A stretch of DNA of 64,000 nt from Batkoa obscura (Eukaryota): assembly GCA_030770535.1 (NCBI GenBank), contig JASVEC010000013.1, forward strand, positions 1 through 64,000, given 5' to 3'. Numbering within the stretch: the first letter of the stretch is position 1; each line of letters starts with the position of its first letter. This document shows positions 35,784 to 47,729 of the stretch, piece by piece. The notes beneath the pieces were generated by a model. It was not told the DNA's origin. It saw only the letters and a program-made list of their open reading frames with translations, and ran no database searches. A program made the translations under genes and the position numbers.

Positions 35784-38074
35784 AGCTAAGAACTTTTGAT
35801 ATTAAGTAGATTAGATAAAAGTAAATTAAGAAATTATTAGCGATGATATTTTTCTATTTCGTTATTTTGCTTTGTTTATATACATCATGTTTCTATCTGT
35901 GATTCTTGTATCTTTATAACTCCAGATACTTTAAAATTTCCCCTCTCTTATTAAGGGATGTTCATTTATAAATGTATTATGTTTCTAATATAACTTGGAA
36001 TATATTGTTTTTTAAATCTTGAAGTTGATACTTTTTCAAGTTAACACTAAAACCTCAATTATACTTTTTCTAATTTATGCTCCAATCAATGCTATATTAA
36101 AAAATAATGGTTTTGACATACTTTTACAACGATGTGGGGTAAATAAAAATAAAAATAAGAATAAAAATATAGTTTTGCAATAAATTTGGAAATATATGAT
36201 ATTACATGATCCTTATAACTCTTATAATTTTTATAGTAAATAAAAAGTGATCTAAATTTATATTAAACAATTTACAGATTCTCAAGTGTAAATGCTATAC
36301 AATTAGCTTATAAACAGCCACTAATATAAAATGTCAAGCTTTATTTCATGACTTTAATAAAAATAACTATAGCTCATTTTTAAACATTAATTCAGATACA
36401 CTCCTGAAACTTTAATTAATTTATAAAATATTTTTTACTTAAAATAAGGACATTTATTAATCAAGCGTAGTTAAATTTTATTGATTTGATAAAGTTTAAG
36501 GTTTAATAAATGTTGTAACTGTCAACAATAAACTATGTTTACATAATAAGATACGTTTTTTAAGTGTCTTTTACAGAACTAGCTTCAGATATAGTTTAAA
36601 ATAAAAATGAACATATGGTATTGAATACTACAGTGTAAATTAGCAAATTTAAAATGTGATATAGTTGAAGACCATATATTACGCTTTAAAATTATTTAAT
36701 AATAAACAATGATAAATATGAACGCTGAAGGTGCTCTAAATAAACATCATATGAATGATTTAATTATATCATATCTTTGATATTAAAAGTTAACCAATTG
36801 AATAATATGCCATTTTATCAGATATCGAGATTTTGAAAAAAACAATAGATATTATAAACTTGCAAAGTTTTTATTTTAAAGTAAATAAAAAAGCTTCATA
36901 TAACCATTGTCAGTAAAACACATATATATTTGAATACACTATATGGGTTTTCGTATGGAAGCTATAGTAAAGGTAAATGTACTATAGATCTTTGAATGTT
37001 TAGTTAATACGTTTTTATTTTGCTATTTTATATATAGAAGAATAAGGGGTAGGACTTATTTGTTAATTTCAGTTATTGTAACTGGGTACTTAGTATGATA
37101 ATATATTATTTTAGTAAGTATATTAAAGCAAAATATTTAATTTCGGGATCTGCTTGCAAAATCTCAAAATGATTTTTACGAATTTATCAAACATACACTT
37201 TAGCTGGATTATCAACATCAGTCCGAAAATGATTAGGCTACAATGTTAGAAAATTCAAAGTTGGTGACCCTGGTTAAAAATTTAAATACCTTAAAGTTAA
37301 CCTCCATCCTGGAGTTTTATGAACAGTTCTTTTTGGCTAAAGGCGAGTTTGACTTTTTTTATGCTGTTAAATGCTGCTTCTGAATTAAATAGAGATTTAT
37401 TGTTAATTATTTTTGGTTTTTAAGTCTATATCTAAAAATTTCACAATATTTATACGATGACTTTAGCATATCAAGTTAATCCTTATTCCCACTATTTCAC
37501 CCTTATGCAAATAGTTCTATTCTCACATTTTGCCCTATTACATGTTTGTGATAAAAATGCTAGGTTTAATCATTAGCACTGTTTGATTCAAATAAGTAAT
37601 AGTCAAGTATAAACAAAAATATAGTGATAATGTTTTCAAAAAGATAATAAACTAATATAGTCTTTGTAGATCAAGGAAATAGTCAAAGGCTTAAGTGGTG
37701 AGAAAAAGTATAAAAAATATTATGAAAACTTGTTTGTAAAGTGAAAAACATTAAATGTCAAAAGTTATTATATCGACTTTTGCAAAGTGAAGGAGAATTT
37801 TAGTAGATAACAAAAGGACTAATAGTGCTATAAAGAAAATGGTAAATATCACAGTTAGAGGCTTTAGTATTAACGATACTTGATTTAAATTATTCAGCTT
37901 AGTGATAGCGACTTTACTACATGTAATATCCTAAACGTCAAAATAGTCTTATTGGCAAAAGGTATCCTGCTTTAACTTAAAAAACACATGTGATAATAAT
38001 ATATAATAAAAAATAGTAAATATGTTTAAAATTAAAATCTTTTCCATTAGAAAGGGATTGTTTAACTTACATAT

Positions 38075-38173
38075 GGGGATGTATTTTTGTGTTTAAGAAT
38101 TTCACTAACAATTTTTCCACTCAAATAGCGCTTAAAAAATGGAAAAAGTAATGAAGCCAAAAAAAACAGCCTC
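38075..38173 (+). mobile_element. MITE family A copy
   Basis: ATAT-GGGG...CCTC-ATAT. Confidence 0.9.
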
Positions 38174-38436
38174 ATATGTTTACATACTTTTTATCTAATA
38201 CTAATAATAGTCATAATCGTAAATCTTATATGTTCAAAAAAAGTTTAATATGGACACCTGAAAAGATAAGAATACATTTGATTTATTGTATAGTTATAAC
38301 TGCAAAATTTTGCTGTATCTAAGAAAGAAAGAAAGGCAATGATATATCTTAAAACACTTTTCGTTTTATTTTAACGTTTTATTTTAACGTTTCACTTGTA
38401 ATATGATGAAATAAAACGAAAAGTACTTTAAAATAT

Positions 38437-38529
38437 GAGAATGTTTTTTTGGTTTCATTACTTTTTCCATTTTTTAAGCGTTATTTGAGCGGAAAGATTG
38501 TTAGTAAAATCCCTAAACAAAAAAATACA
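38437..38529 (-). mobile_element. MITE family A copy, one end truncated
   Basis: ATAT-GAGAATG start; lacks the terminal CCCC. Confidence 0.82.
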
Positions 38530-38611
38530 GCAAAAATCTTCAGTATGACTACATATTTTTATTTTTTAAAGAGGATGAAAAAACAAAGAATTAAATTTAA
38601 TACAAAATAAT

Positions 38612-39262
38612 TTATTGGTTTAAATATGAAAACAAGCTTCTAGCAAGATCAATGTAATAGTAGTTAGTAAATGAAGCTTGTTTTTTTAGACATAATTGAT
38701 GGACGTTTAATGTAACATTCCTTAACCTATTTACATATTCCGGGATCATATGCTGTAAATTTAGTTCCGGGACAAGGGATAAAGTCAGCAAGCATATGAT
38801 TAACAAATTTAATTTATAAAAAGGAATGACTGAATTTTTCTTCAAAAACATCATATCATGTATACACACTTTCTTCATTATGTTGATATTTCTGATCAAA
38901 TAAAAGTTATCTATCAAAACATAATCCAACTGTTTCAGATTCAATTCGAGTTTATACTCTAGATCAAACTGTGCTTTATCATTAAGGAAGTATTCAAATA
39001 ACCCTTTGGAGTGCGTCAAACTTTTTGGCTTGTTTGTTTGTTGTGTACTATGCTCTATATCATCCGCTACATTGTCACAGCATGGGAGGTTATTATATAA
39101 AATAGGGACACTATCCATACTAAAGCTGTTGCTTGTGGAAATAGGATTCAAGTGGATATTGTTTTTTAAATTTAGTAAACTGTAGTAATTATATGTTCCG
39201 GAATTCCAAGGACTTGAACAGACATTTAAATTCATGTAATCGTTGCAAATTTCCTGAGTCAT
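38612..39262 (-). CDS. Hypothetical protein (216 aa), no recognisable domain
   Basis: Long ATG-started ORF in AT-rich DNA, TATA-like element ~45 bp upstream. Confidence 0.55.
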   Translation of the reverse strand: MTQEICNDYMNLNVCSSPWNSGTYNYYSLLNLKNNIHLNPISTSNSFSMDSVPILYNNLPCCDNVADDIEHSTQQTNKPKSLTHSKGLFEYFLNDKAQFDLEYKLELNLKQLDYVLIDNFYLIRNINIMKKVCIHDMMFLKKNSVIPFYKLNLLIICLLTLSLVPELNLQHMIPEYVNRLRNVTLNVHQLCLKKQASFTNYYYIDLARSLFSYLNQ

Positions 39263-39611
39263 CTTCTAAGTTTATTTTTAAATAAAAAAATGTTATAACC
39301 CTTTGCTTTATATACTTTTTAAAATTTCAAAGAACCCAATCAGCTTCAAAGTACTTTATTACTATTGTTGATATATCTTGAGCTAAATATTTGTACTAAA
39401 TGAAATTTATTCTAAAATTATTACTTGTACTTTTAAAGAAAAAAAAATAGCTTCTTTTTCTTAATAATCTAGCTTGGCTTTGTTGTGAAAATATACTTAA
39501 AAGAACTGTTCTTTTTATTAAATAGTTATAAGTTCCTAAATTAGCAATCAAATCAACCTTCCAAAAACATTCAATAGTTATGTTTTTTATTCTTAGAAAT
39601 CTTGGCTATAT

Positions 39612-39706
39612 GGGGATGTATTTTTTTTGAGAATTTTACTAACAATCTTTCCGCTCAAATAACGCTTAAAAAATGGAAAAAGTAATGAAACCAAAAAAAC
39701 ATCCTC
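39612..39706 (+). mobile_element. MITE family A copy
   Basis: ATAT-GGGG...CCTC-ATAT. Confidence 0.9.
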
Positions 39707-40526
39707 ATATTGTTATTAGTAATTTGTAAAATAATGAAGCAATTTTTTAATGAGCCAAATCCTTATCATTAAAATATGGTTGTTTTATTTTTTTCTAAAA
39801 ATATAATTTGGAAAATCAATAAATGATTTAATACAGTATAAATTTTATAAGGTTTATCTAATGAAAGTCATTATCTTTATTTATGAGGTTTACTTTAAGA
39901 AATTTCTATAAAGTCAGGAAAACTTTAATATAATAAATTAATTCATATACCAAAATCAATTACTTCTATCATTAAATTTAGTCGAAATAAAAAATATTTG
40001 ATTCTTTAGAACTTACAAAAATACAAATAAGTCCTGAAATAACTATATTATTTGATCTAATAATATAAACTTCAACAGTACGATGCTAATATACTAATTA
40101 AATATCTGTTTGATCTGAGTTTAAATGCGTGTTTAAGTGAATTCATAGAATGATAAAGCTAATAAGTGGACAAAATTGTGATTTTAACTAAATAAATAAG
40201 TTTTTATAATAAAGTAGATCAAAGCATGACATTCAACAAGGTTGAAAACCCATTTTTTAGCTATTATTTAATAAGGTTCAACTTCAATCCTTTGTCCTTT
40301 GAGTTTCAGTGCCAATGTGAATTTAATTAAGGTTGATATTATCCAGAAACGGTTATCATGAAACAAAACAATATTTAATGTCATGACCACTTCAGTGTAT
40401 TATTGTTCTGACTTTAAGAATACTCATATATTATGGACTTTTAATAAACTTCTCATCAATATTTCTTTTAGTTAATGACAGTCTAAATCTAGATTAATGA
40501 ATAATAAATATAAATGTTGAACATAT

Positions 40527-40624
40527 GAGGATGTTTTTTTTGGTTTCATTGCTTTTCCATTTTTTAAGCGCTATTTGAGCGGAAAGATTGTTAGTAAAAT
40601 TCTTAAACAAAAAAATACATCCCC
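40527..40624 (-). mobile_element. MITE family A copy (near consensus)
   Basis: ATAT-GAGG...CCCC-ATAT. Confidence 0.92.
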
Positions 40625-41015
40625 ATATGTAATTTATGCAAGCAATATAATAATTAAACTTCAATAAGTTATTATATTTTCAGTACAAATTTTTTAACCA
40701 CTACTTTAATAATTTAGATTGTATAGCTTAGCATTATATCTTTTACTAAGCAAACTCAAAACTTGAATTAAGAAGTTCCTCTATTACATTGATATTGTTT
40801 TTCAAGCTAAACACTAAGTTAGTTGAGTACCTCTCCTTATATAAATAAGTATGAATACATAACTATACGTGGCGCTTTTCACATTTTTATATAAAATTGT
40901 CTTTATGTTTGTTATCCTTACTTTATAGGATACATGTCTAAATATAATAACTTTAGAAATCTTAATTTAAATGGGCTTAAGCATACTAATATGGGAGTCG
41001 ATTGAAATGAAACTA

Positions 41016-41216
41016 CAGTAGTGATTATATATATCTGCATTTTTTATTAATCATCCTTCGCTAGTTTCCAACTTAAACTAAATAAAAGGGGCTTTAATGT
41101 GAATCATACTAACAGAAAATATTTCTAAAAACTCATAAAAGGCAGCTTTTATTTCGAATTAAACTGGAAACTAGCAATGAATGGTTAAAAACTGCAGATA
41201 TATATAATCACAACGG
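41016..41216. mobile_element. Tc1/mariner-like MITE (family B, ~201 bp) with long imperfect inverted arms
   Basis: TA-CAGTAGTGATTATATATATCTGCA ... TGCAGATATATATAATCACAACGG-TA; arms continue (GCTAGTTTCCA/TGGAAACTAGC, AAATAAAAG/CTTTTATTT). Confidence 0.7.
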
Positions 41217-41839
41217 TATAGCTTTCAAGCATCATTATATATTGTAGTGGTAATATAAAAAACTGTTTAAGCTTAGAACGTCCAAAAAATAGTCAACTAT
41301 ATGTGTGCCATTATAGTCTATTAAAATAAATTTATTTCTGCAACATTCATATTTAAAATTCTAAATTATCGGATTAAAAACCTAAATAAAATTTTAGATT
41401 GCTACTAATATCGGTTAAAAGCATTTCCAATAAAGTATTGTTCTACTTTTATAGGTTTTTATTAGATATTCTTATAAATTAATTAGCAACATTTGTATAG
41501 AACTTTAAAATTAGAATTAATTACTCCATTCAGATAATAGATTAAATACATACAGAACAAAAAGGAGTTTATGGCAATATCTATATCAATCTTTGTTCCA
41601 CTTTTAATCCGTGCGCTATCTACTATAAAAGTACATCTAGCTTAATCTAAGTAAATCTCAGTATTTAGTTTAATAAATATAAAGCACTTTATAGACTTAA
41701 ACTATAACATTATAATTTATATCTAAATTAGTCGCTAGCTTATATAAAAAGATGTTTATAATTAAGCATTTATATCCACGGAAATTTGAACATTTAATTA
41801 AATATAATATTGTATAGCAAAAAAAAATAATAGTTGATA

Positions 41840-41906
41840 CATTTTTTAAGCGTTATTTGAGCGGAAAGATTGTTAGTAAAATTCTCAAACAAAAAAATAC
41901 ATTCCC
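41840..41906 (-). mobile_element. MITE family A partial copy
   Basis: CATTTTTTAAGCGTTATTTGAGCGGAAAGATTGTTAGTAAAATTC...TACATTCCC. Confidence 0.8.
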
Positions 41907-42236
41907 AGTTGTTGATTTAATTCATATGATTTTAAGCATAAAATTTTTAAACCAATTTGATTATGAAAAAATAAAATTTCAAATATACTATAGTAAATTA
42001 TTGAACCTATTCCCTTTTTTTATTCATTCATTTAGAATTTCAACAACAAAAAGACTTTATACGCGCTTGATTGATAAATAAAGTTTGAAGTTTACTTAGA
42101 AAGTTGGAAAAATATTCAACATTAAAGTGTTTAAACCATATTTGATTTAAAGTTAATATATTTTCAAATTACTTAGCTTTGAAAATATGTTAATGTAAAT
42201 AATTTTATTTTATTTTTAATTATTTACAAAACATAT

Positions 42237-42331
42237 AGGGATATATTTTTTTAAGAGTTTTACTAACAATCTCTCTGCTCAAATAGCGCTTAAAAGATGG
42301 AAAAAGTGATGAAGTCAAAAAAAACACCTCC
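42237..42331 (+). mobile_element. MITE family A copy
   Basis: Diverged consensus match; ATAT/ATAC flanks. Confidence 0.85.
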
Positions 42332-44480
42332 ATACCTTAATCCAATTAGAGTAGTGCTCTCAAACCAGAGTTCTTTTCTTAAATTAACTAATTAATATCA
42401 TAGCTTTCTATACCTTGCCCAAAGCTTCCGTTTTACTTATAAACTTTATCTTATCAGTCTCCGCTTTATTTTTTTCTTACTTTCACTAATAAAAGGATTA
42501 AGTGCCTCTGGTACCTCCAAGGTTTAAAAAATTTGCAATTTAAAATAATACAATTTATAAGAAAGTATAGATTTTAAAACAATTATCATTTCACATTTTT
42601 TAACATAAGATTAGGCTATAAAAATTAAAACTTTTGTAAATTGCTACTATTTATTCAGTCAAACACTAGTTTCGTAATATTGAAATTTATTATTATTAAT
42701 ATATTTTAAAATCATAAAATTATACTAGTTAAAAATATTAAAATAAATATAATTATTGAAATTATTGAAAATTTATTGAAATATTTTAAGATAAGTCATA
42801 CCCACAAAGTTTGACTGAAATTACTTTAAGCAAAACAATAAAAATTATAAATTGCTATAAGCGAAATATAAAAAAAAACTATTGAGCCCAAGAAAATTAT
42901 AATATCAAATATTTTTTAATATTAATTTAAGTCTTTTAAAATACATATTTTCTAGAAAGGAATGTTTATATAAATATATAGTTACAATTTTTATTAAAAT
43001 GGTCATGTAATTTTTCTATTTATTTTTGTTACTTTATATTTCTGGAAACTTATATACTAATTCCAAGTAAAATTTAAATATTATAGTTAGATAAGATGAT
43101 GTATAAGCAGGTGTTGATGATTCTTAGCCAAAGCTTTAGGTTGGGTCTTTGATCCAGTTAATACAAGTTAATCTCATTTATTATAGATTGATAGGGTCTA
43201 TAAAGCACTAATATAAAGGCATAATACGTTAGTTACTAATACTGAAATGGTAAAATAAGCAGCTTTGTCCTTTTTGAGTTAATCACATCAAGTTATTAAT
43301 CTGTAATTAAAAAATAAAACAAATAGTTTTAGTAATATTTAGGATATATTATTTCATCTAAAAATAAATAAAGTTACTGTGATCTAACCTCGTTAAATTT
43401 ATTTATTTATTTATCTCATTATCTATAACTACTATTAACTTCAATTGTATTTAATTTTATAAATAACTATGGAATATATAAAAATCGATTAGCTTAAAAA
43501 TAATGTTTAATTTAAGCTCAAATTTTATTATGATTATTTCACTTGATCATGCTTGATTATAACTTATTCAAATTATAATATAGTCGTAATATTTATTTTT
43601 ACAGTTATAAAAGGTGGCAATTTTTTAAAAACAAATATATTATTTAGTCCCGTTTAGTTTAAAGTTTTTCATTAAAGCTTTAAACACCCTGGAGAATGGG
43701 TGTTATGTTATAATAGTTTTAGTATGCCATAGTTTAATATTTAATAATTTTATCGCAATAATTGGTGTCTTTCGTTTATTAACATTAATATTAATATTAA
43801 TATTGTATAATAGGAAATGACATAAATATAAAGAAGCTAAGAATAAATTTCATTATACTTGAATAATTTATTATATTTAATAATTTATTACTAATAAAAA
43901 ATGGTTAAACTTTTCACTTAAAGGAACTTTAATAAATATGATTTTACAAGAGCTTTATTATTATTAGAATATGTTATATAAGTATTTTAATAATTTTTTG
44001 ATTTTTTAATACAATATATTGATTTACTTTTATCTTTATGTTTGTTAGATTTATTAACTCTTTAAGGTTAATTAATTTATTTTGTATCATGATTGTTAAA
44101 ATTTAGATCAATATGTTTCTATTTAAAGTTAAATTTTTACTCAAGTAATTAATAAATTGGTTTGGGTATTGTTTTATGAATTTGAGAACAAATGAAATAA
44201 TTAATTTATCATTTCATTGATCTGATTTGTTGAAATTTTTTATATTTCAAGGATTTTCATTATCATTGGTTTGAATAAAGTCCACAATGTTTAAAATATT
44301 TAAAGTACCATAATTTTAAACTGTATTTTAACAGAAGCATTACTTAATATAGCCATATATTTTAAAAATTAAACATCTGTTCAATAATAATTAAATCATT
44401 TGATGTTACCAAGATAAAGGAATAAAGCGAAAAAGAGTATATAAATGTAACAAAATGAAACTTAACATTTAATTTTTAAA

Positions 44481-45488
44481 ATGGTTTATTTAAAAAATTA
44501 TATAAATAACGTTGCTGACATTATAATATCCACCACACCAAAATTAACAAAATCTACGTTAGTAGAAGAAGAATTATTAAATTTAGACCCAAAGTATACT
44601 GCTACTTACTTACCAACCTTAACTACACCAACAATAAATGAAGCAATCAAACTCAATTTATTAAAATGGTTGAATTATCGTATAAAGACAAATTCATATC
44701 GTAATTACAACAAACTAAATTTAAAGATTGGCTTAGGTTATGGCGACCCTTCTTATTTATTAGAAAGTAAAACAGATCCCTCTTTCTTATTAGTTGGTAA
44801 GCCAACTAAATATAATGTTAAAGAAATATACAACAATGATTTAATGATGAATTTATTATTAAACGAACTTTATATTATAACAATTATTGAGCACGAAAAT
44901 GTATTACCATTAATAGATTTGATAGTTTTAAATAATCAAATTATATTTTTATACGAATATTGTAATAAAGATTTATTAAAGTTAACAAGATATGACTCAA
45001 AATTAATTGAAAGAGAGTCTATCAATTTCATTAAACAATTATTACAAGGTTTAAATTATTTACATCAAAGGAATATTGTACATCGTGATTTAAAGCTGGA
45101 AAACATTTATTTCATAAAGAATAAATTGAAAATCACTTCTTTTACTTCATCATCTATTACTCCTAGCGAATCTACAAGTGAATTAATAGGCTCATTATCT
45201 TATCTAGCACCTGAAGTATTGGAGCACCAAGAAAGTTACTGTCAATTCAAAGCAGATATATGGTCATTAGGGATTATACTCTTTATCTTAATTAAAGGTC
45301 ATTTTCCATGGACATTGGCTAAAGCGAAAGACCCCTTTTTCAAGAGATATCGTGGTATCAATTTCTTTTTAAAACAAGGAATTGATCCATATTTCGCTGA
45401 TTTACTTTCTAAAATGTTGGACAGAAACCCAAGAACTAGGTTAGATACCTTTGCTTTGTTACAGGCACTTGATTTGCATTCATTTTAA
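44481..45488 (+). CDS. Ser/Thr protein kinase-like protein with DFG replaced by SFT (probable pseudokinase)
   Basis: HENV, HRDLKLEN, GSLSYLAPE, ADIWSLGII present; KITSFT instead of KIxDFG; poor Gly-loop/VAIK. Confidence 0.85.
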   Translation: MVYLKNYINNVADIIISTTPKLTKSTLVEEELLNLDPKYTATYLPTLTTPTINEAIKLNLLKWLNYRIKTNSYRNYNKLNLKIGLGYGDPSYLLESKTDPSFLLVGKPTKYNVKEIYNNDLMMNLLLNELYIITIIEHENVLPLIDLIVLNNQIIFLYEYCNKDLLKLTRYDSKLIERESINFIKQLLQGLNYLHQRNIVHRDLKLENIYFIKNKLKITSFTSSSITPSESTSELIGSLSYLAPEVLEHQESYCQFKADIWSLGIILFILIKGHFPWTLAKAKDPFFKRYRGINFFLKQGIDPYFADLLSKMLDRNPRTRLDTFALLQALDLHSF

Positions 45489-46399
45489 TTATTTTTTGTA
45501 TCATTTTTTTAAATAATAAAAGTTCAATTGTATGTATCATAATTTAAGTCTTTATTAAACTAAACTGAATTTCAATTAATTAATGTTTAGGCTAAACTAT
45601 GATGAAAATATTATACAGTATTTTTAACACATCATGCTTATTTCAAGATAAGTATTTGAACAAACTATAATAAAAGAAATTCAATAATAGTATAAAGCGA
45701 AAGTAAACAAAACATAGAGATTCATAACGGAAATTGCTATAGTTTTAACCGTAATCACTTCAATTTACACACATGGTTTTTATATTTGTCTACTTTCAGT
45801 TCAAATTATTATTAAATTTTTTTATTAAAGTTTGTTCAAATATTTATCTCAAATAAGTACGATGTGTTAAAAATACTACATTATTTCTCCATGTTTTAAA
45901 TTATTTAATTATACTTAAAATTGCACATTTATCTTAGATTAATTTAAACAAATTTACCAAAAAATAGGTATACTATGACACAACACCGTTATCATCTAAA
46001 AAATACTGAAAGATAAAGTCAAGGAATATATTACCTTATATTAATGATAAGGATTTTAAGATTTTGAAATAGTGTTTAACAGATTAATATAGTTTAAAGT
46101 AAAGAAGTATTTTATTATAAAAATGACGCAATATTATTTTTAGAAGCAACTCATTTATCTTAAAAATTTACTACATTTATAACTACTATTGGTTAAAAAA
46201 AGTAGATTTCGATTTAACTTTGAGCAAAATTTTGTAACATAGAGCACGAGTAAACTTTTGAAATGCCATTTTAAGAAATAATTAGATAATATTTATTCTT
46301 ATTAAAGGTTCCCGAAATTGATTTAATTGGAGCAAAACTCAAAAAATATTTATATTAAGAACTATTCAATTTATCTATATCTCTACATCTTTGTTAAAA

Positions 46400-47077
46400 A
46401 TGAGAGCTACTCAAAAGCTGTTACTGTTAATTATTGGTATAATATTGAGCATCTACTTAATCAAAACATACCTCAAAGAAGGTTATGTAATCAACTATTT
46501 GATAAAGAATGAAAAGAAAAATGAATTTATTACTGAAGGTGTTCAAGTTTTAGTAATGAGTGACCAGAGCAAGTATCGCTCAAAAACATTAGTAAAAACA
46601 TTTACAGAAGTAGGAATAGAGGTTCAATCTTTAAATGGAGTCACCTTAAAGAAACCAGATAATGGGTTTTTCAGATTAACTCCGAAAGAAATTAAAATCC
46701 ATCAACTATTATTTAATTTATTAGATTTATGTAAAAAGAAGTTTTGTGCTATTGTAGAAGACGATTTTAAACCATTTATTGTTGGTAATAATTTAGTTGA
46801 TAAATTATTCAGTGAGTTGATTACATTTAATTCTAACGATCAATATTTGTTTGATTGCACTAAATGGGGTTTCTTTCAAAGGGAATATCCCATTTCTGGC
46901 AACTCTTTAGCTTGTCGCATCGCCCATTACCAACTACTCAGGAAGGTTAAGAAATGTTATAAAGACAACAAACAAATTAATGTACCTGCAGATGTATTTT
47001 ATAGAAATTGCTTAGATAAGGAATCATTGGAAAGAAGGTTCTTATTAGGAAATACAGTCGATGGTTTCAACTATTAA
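46400..47077 (+). CDS. Type II membrane protein, possible GT-A glycosyltransferase (GT25-like)
   Basis: N-terminal hydrophobic anchor, AIVEDDF and PADVF motifs; family call tentative. Confidence 0.5.
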   Translation: MRATQKLLLLIIGIILSIYLIKTYLKEGYVINYLIKNEKKNEFITEGVQVLVMSDQSKYRSKTLVKTFTEVGIEVQSLNGVTLKKPDNGFFRLTPKEIKIHQLLFNLLDLCKKKFCAIVEDDFKPFIVGNNLVDKLFSELITFNSNDQYLFDCTKWGFFQREYPISGNSLACRIAHYQLLRKVKKCYKDNKQINVPADVFYRNCLDKESLERRFLLGNTVDGFNY

Positions 47078-47729
47078 AAGATTAAACATAGATTACTGCC
47101 TAATTTCCATCGAATACTACTATGATAATATTTTATAGCTTAGAAATAAAATTTAAGTATTTTGATATTACATTTTCACTATTAATAAAGTTTTATTTAA
47201 TTAATAAATAAATTTTTAAAAATGTAGTAAACAAACATAGTGTTTTGTTAAAATATACATGGTTTTGAATAGTAGTTAGTTCCTATTTCTTTGTATTAAA
47301 TATATTGTTGGGCAAAATCAACTCGATAAATTACTATTTTCGCATTTTATAATACTTAATGTTATACAAAGTTTTTAACCTTTATAATACGATAAACTTT
47401 AGATTTTAAACTATTAGTAAGATATCTAGAAATCAAAGTAAATAAATATTAATAGAATATTACAGGTTTAAGTTGCTAACTATAAATAATCTTGCAGTCA
47501 GTGTAATGTTACAATTTGCATTTAAGAGTAATTTAAATTTTCAACTAGTGGTTTTTACTTTCAAAGCAGCTACTTTTAGTTTTAAGAATATTGTCTTAGT
47601 TTAAAAATAGGCTCCAATAAAGATTTATGATTAATTAAACTTAATAACCAAATACTATAAGTAATATTCTTAAATGATAATTCTTAAATGTATAAAAAAC
47701 GCCTTTAATATTATAAAAGTTTACATTCC

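Noticed and set aside
37200..37500. Minus-strand fragments faintly like the L1/Tx1 RT C-terminus (..KLQDGG..IFNQ)
   Set aside because: Too degenerate with many stops; needs TBLASTN/HMM support
32443..42081. Short ORFs sharing GVFLVSxLFPxxK...KIVSKILKQKNT (32443, 33639, 41857)
   Set aside because: Translations of MITE family A, not a peptide family
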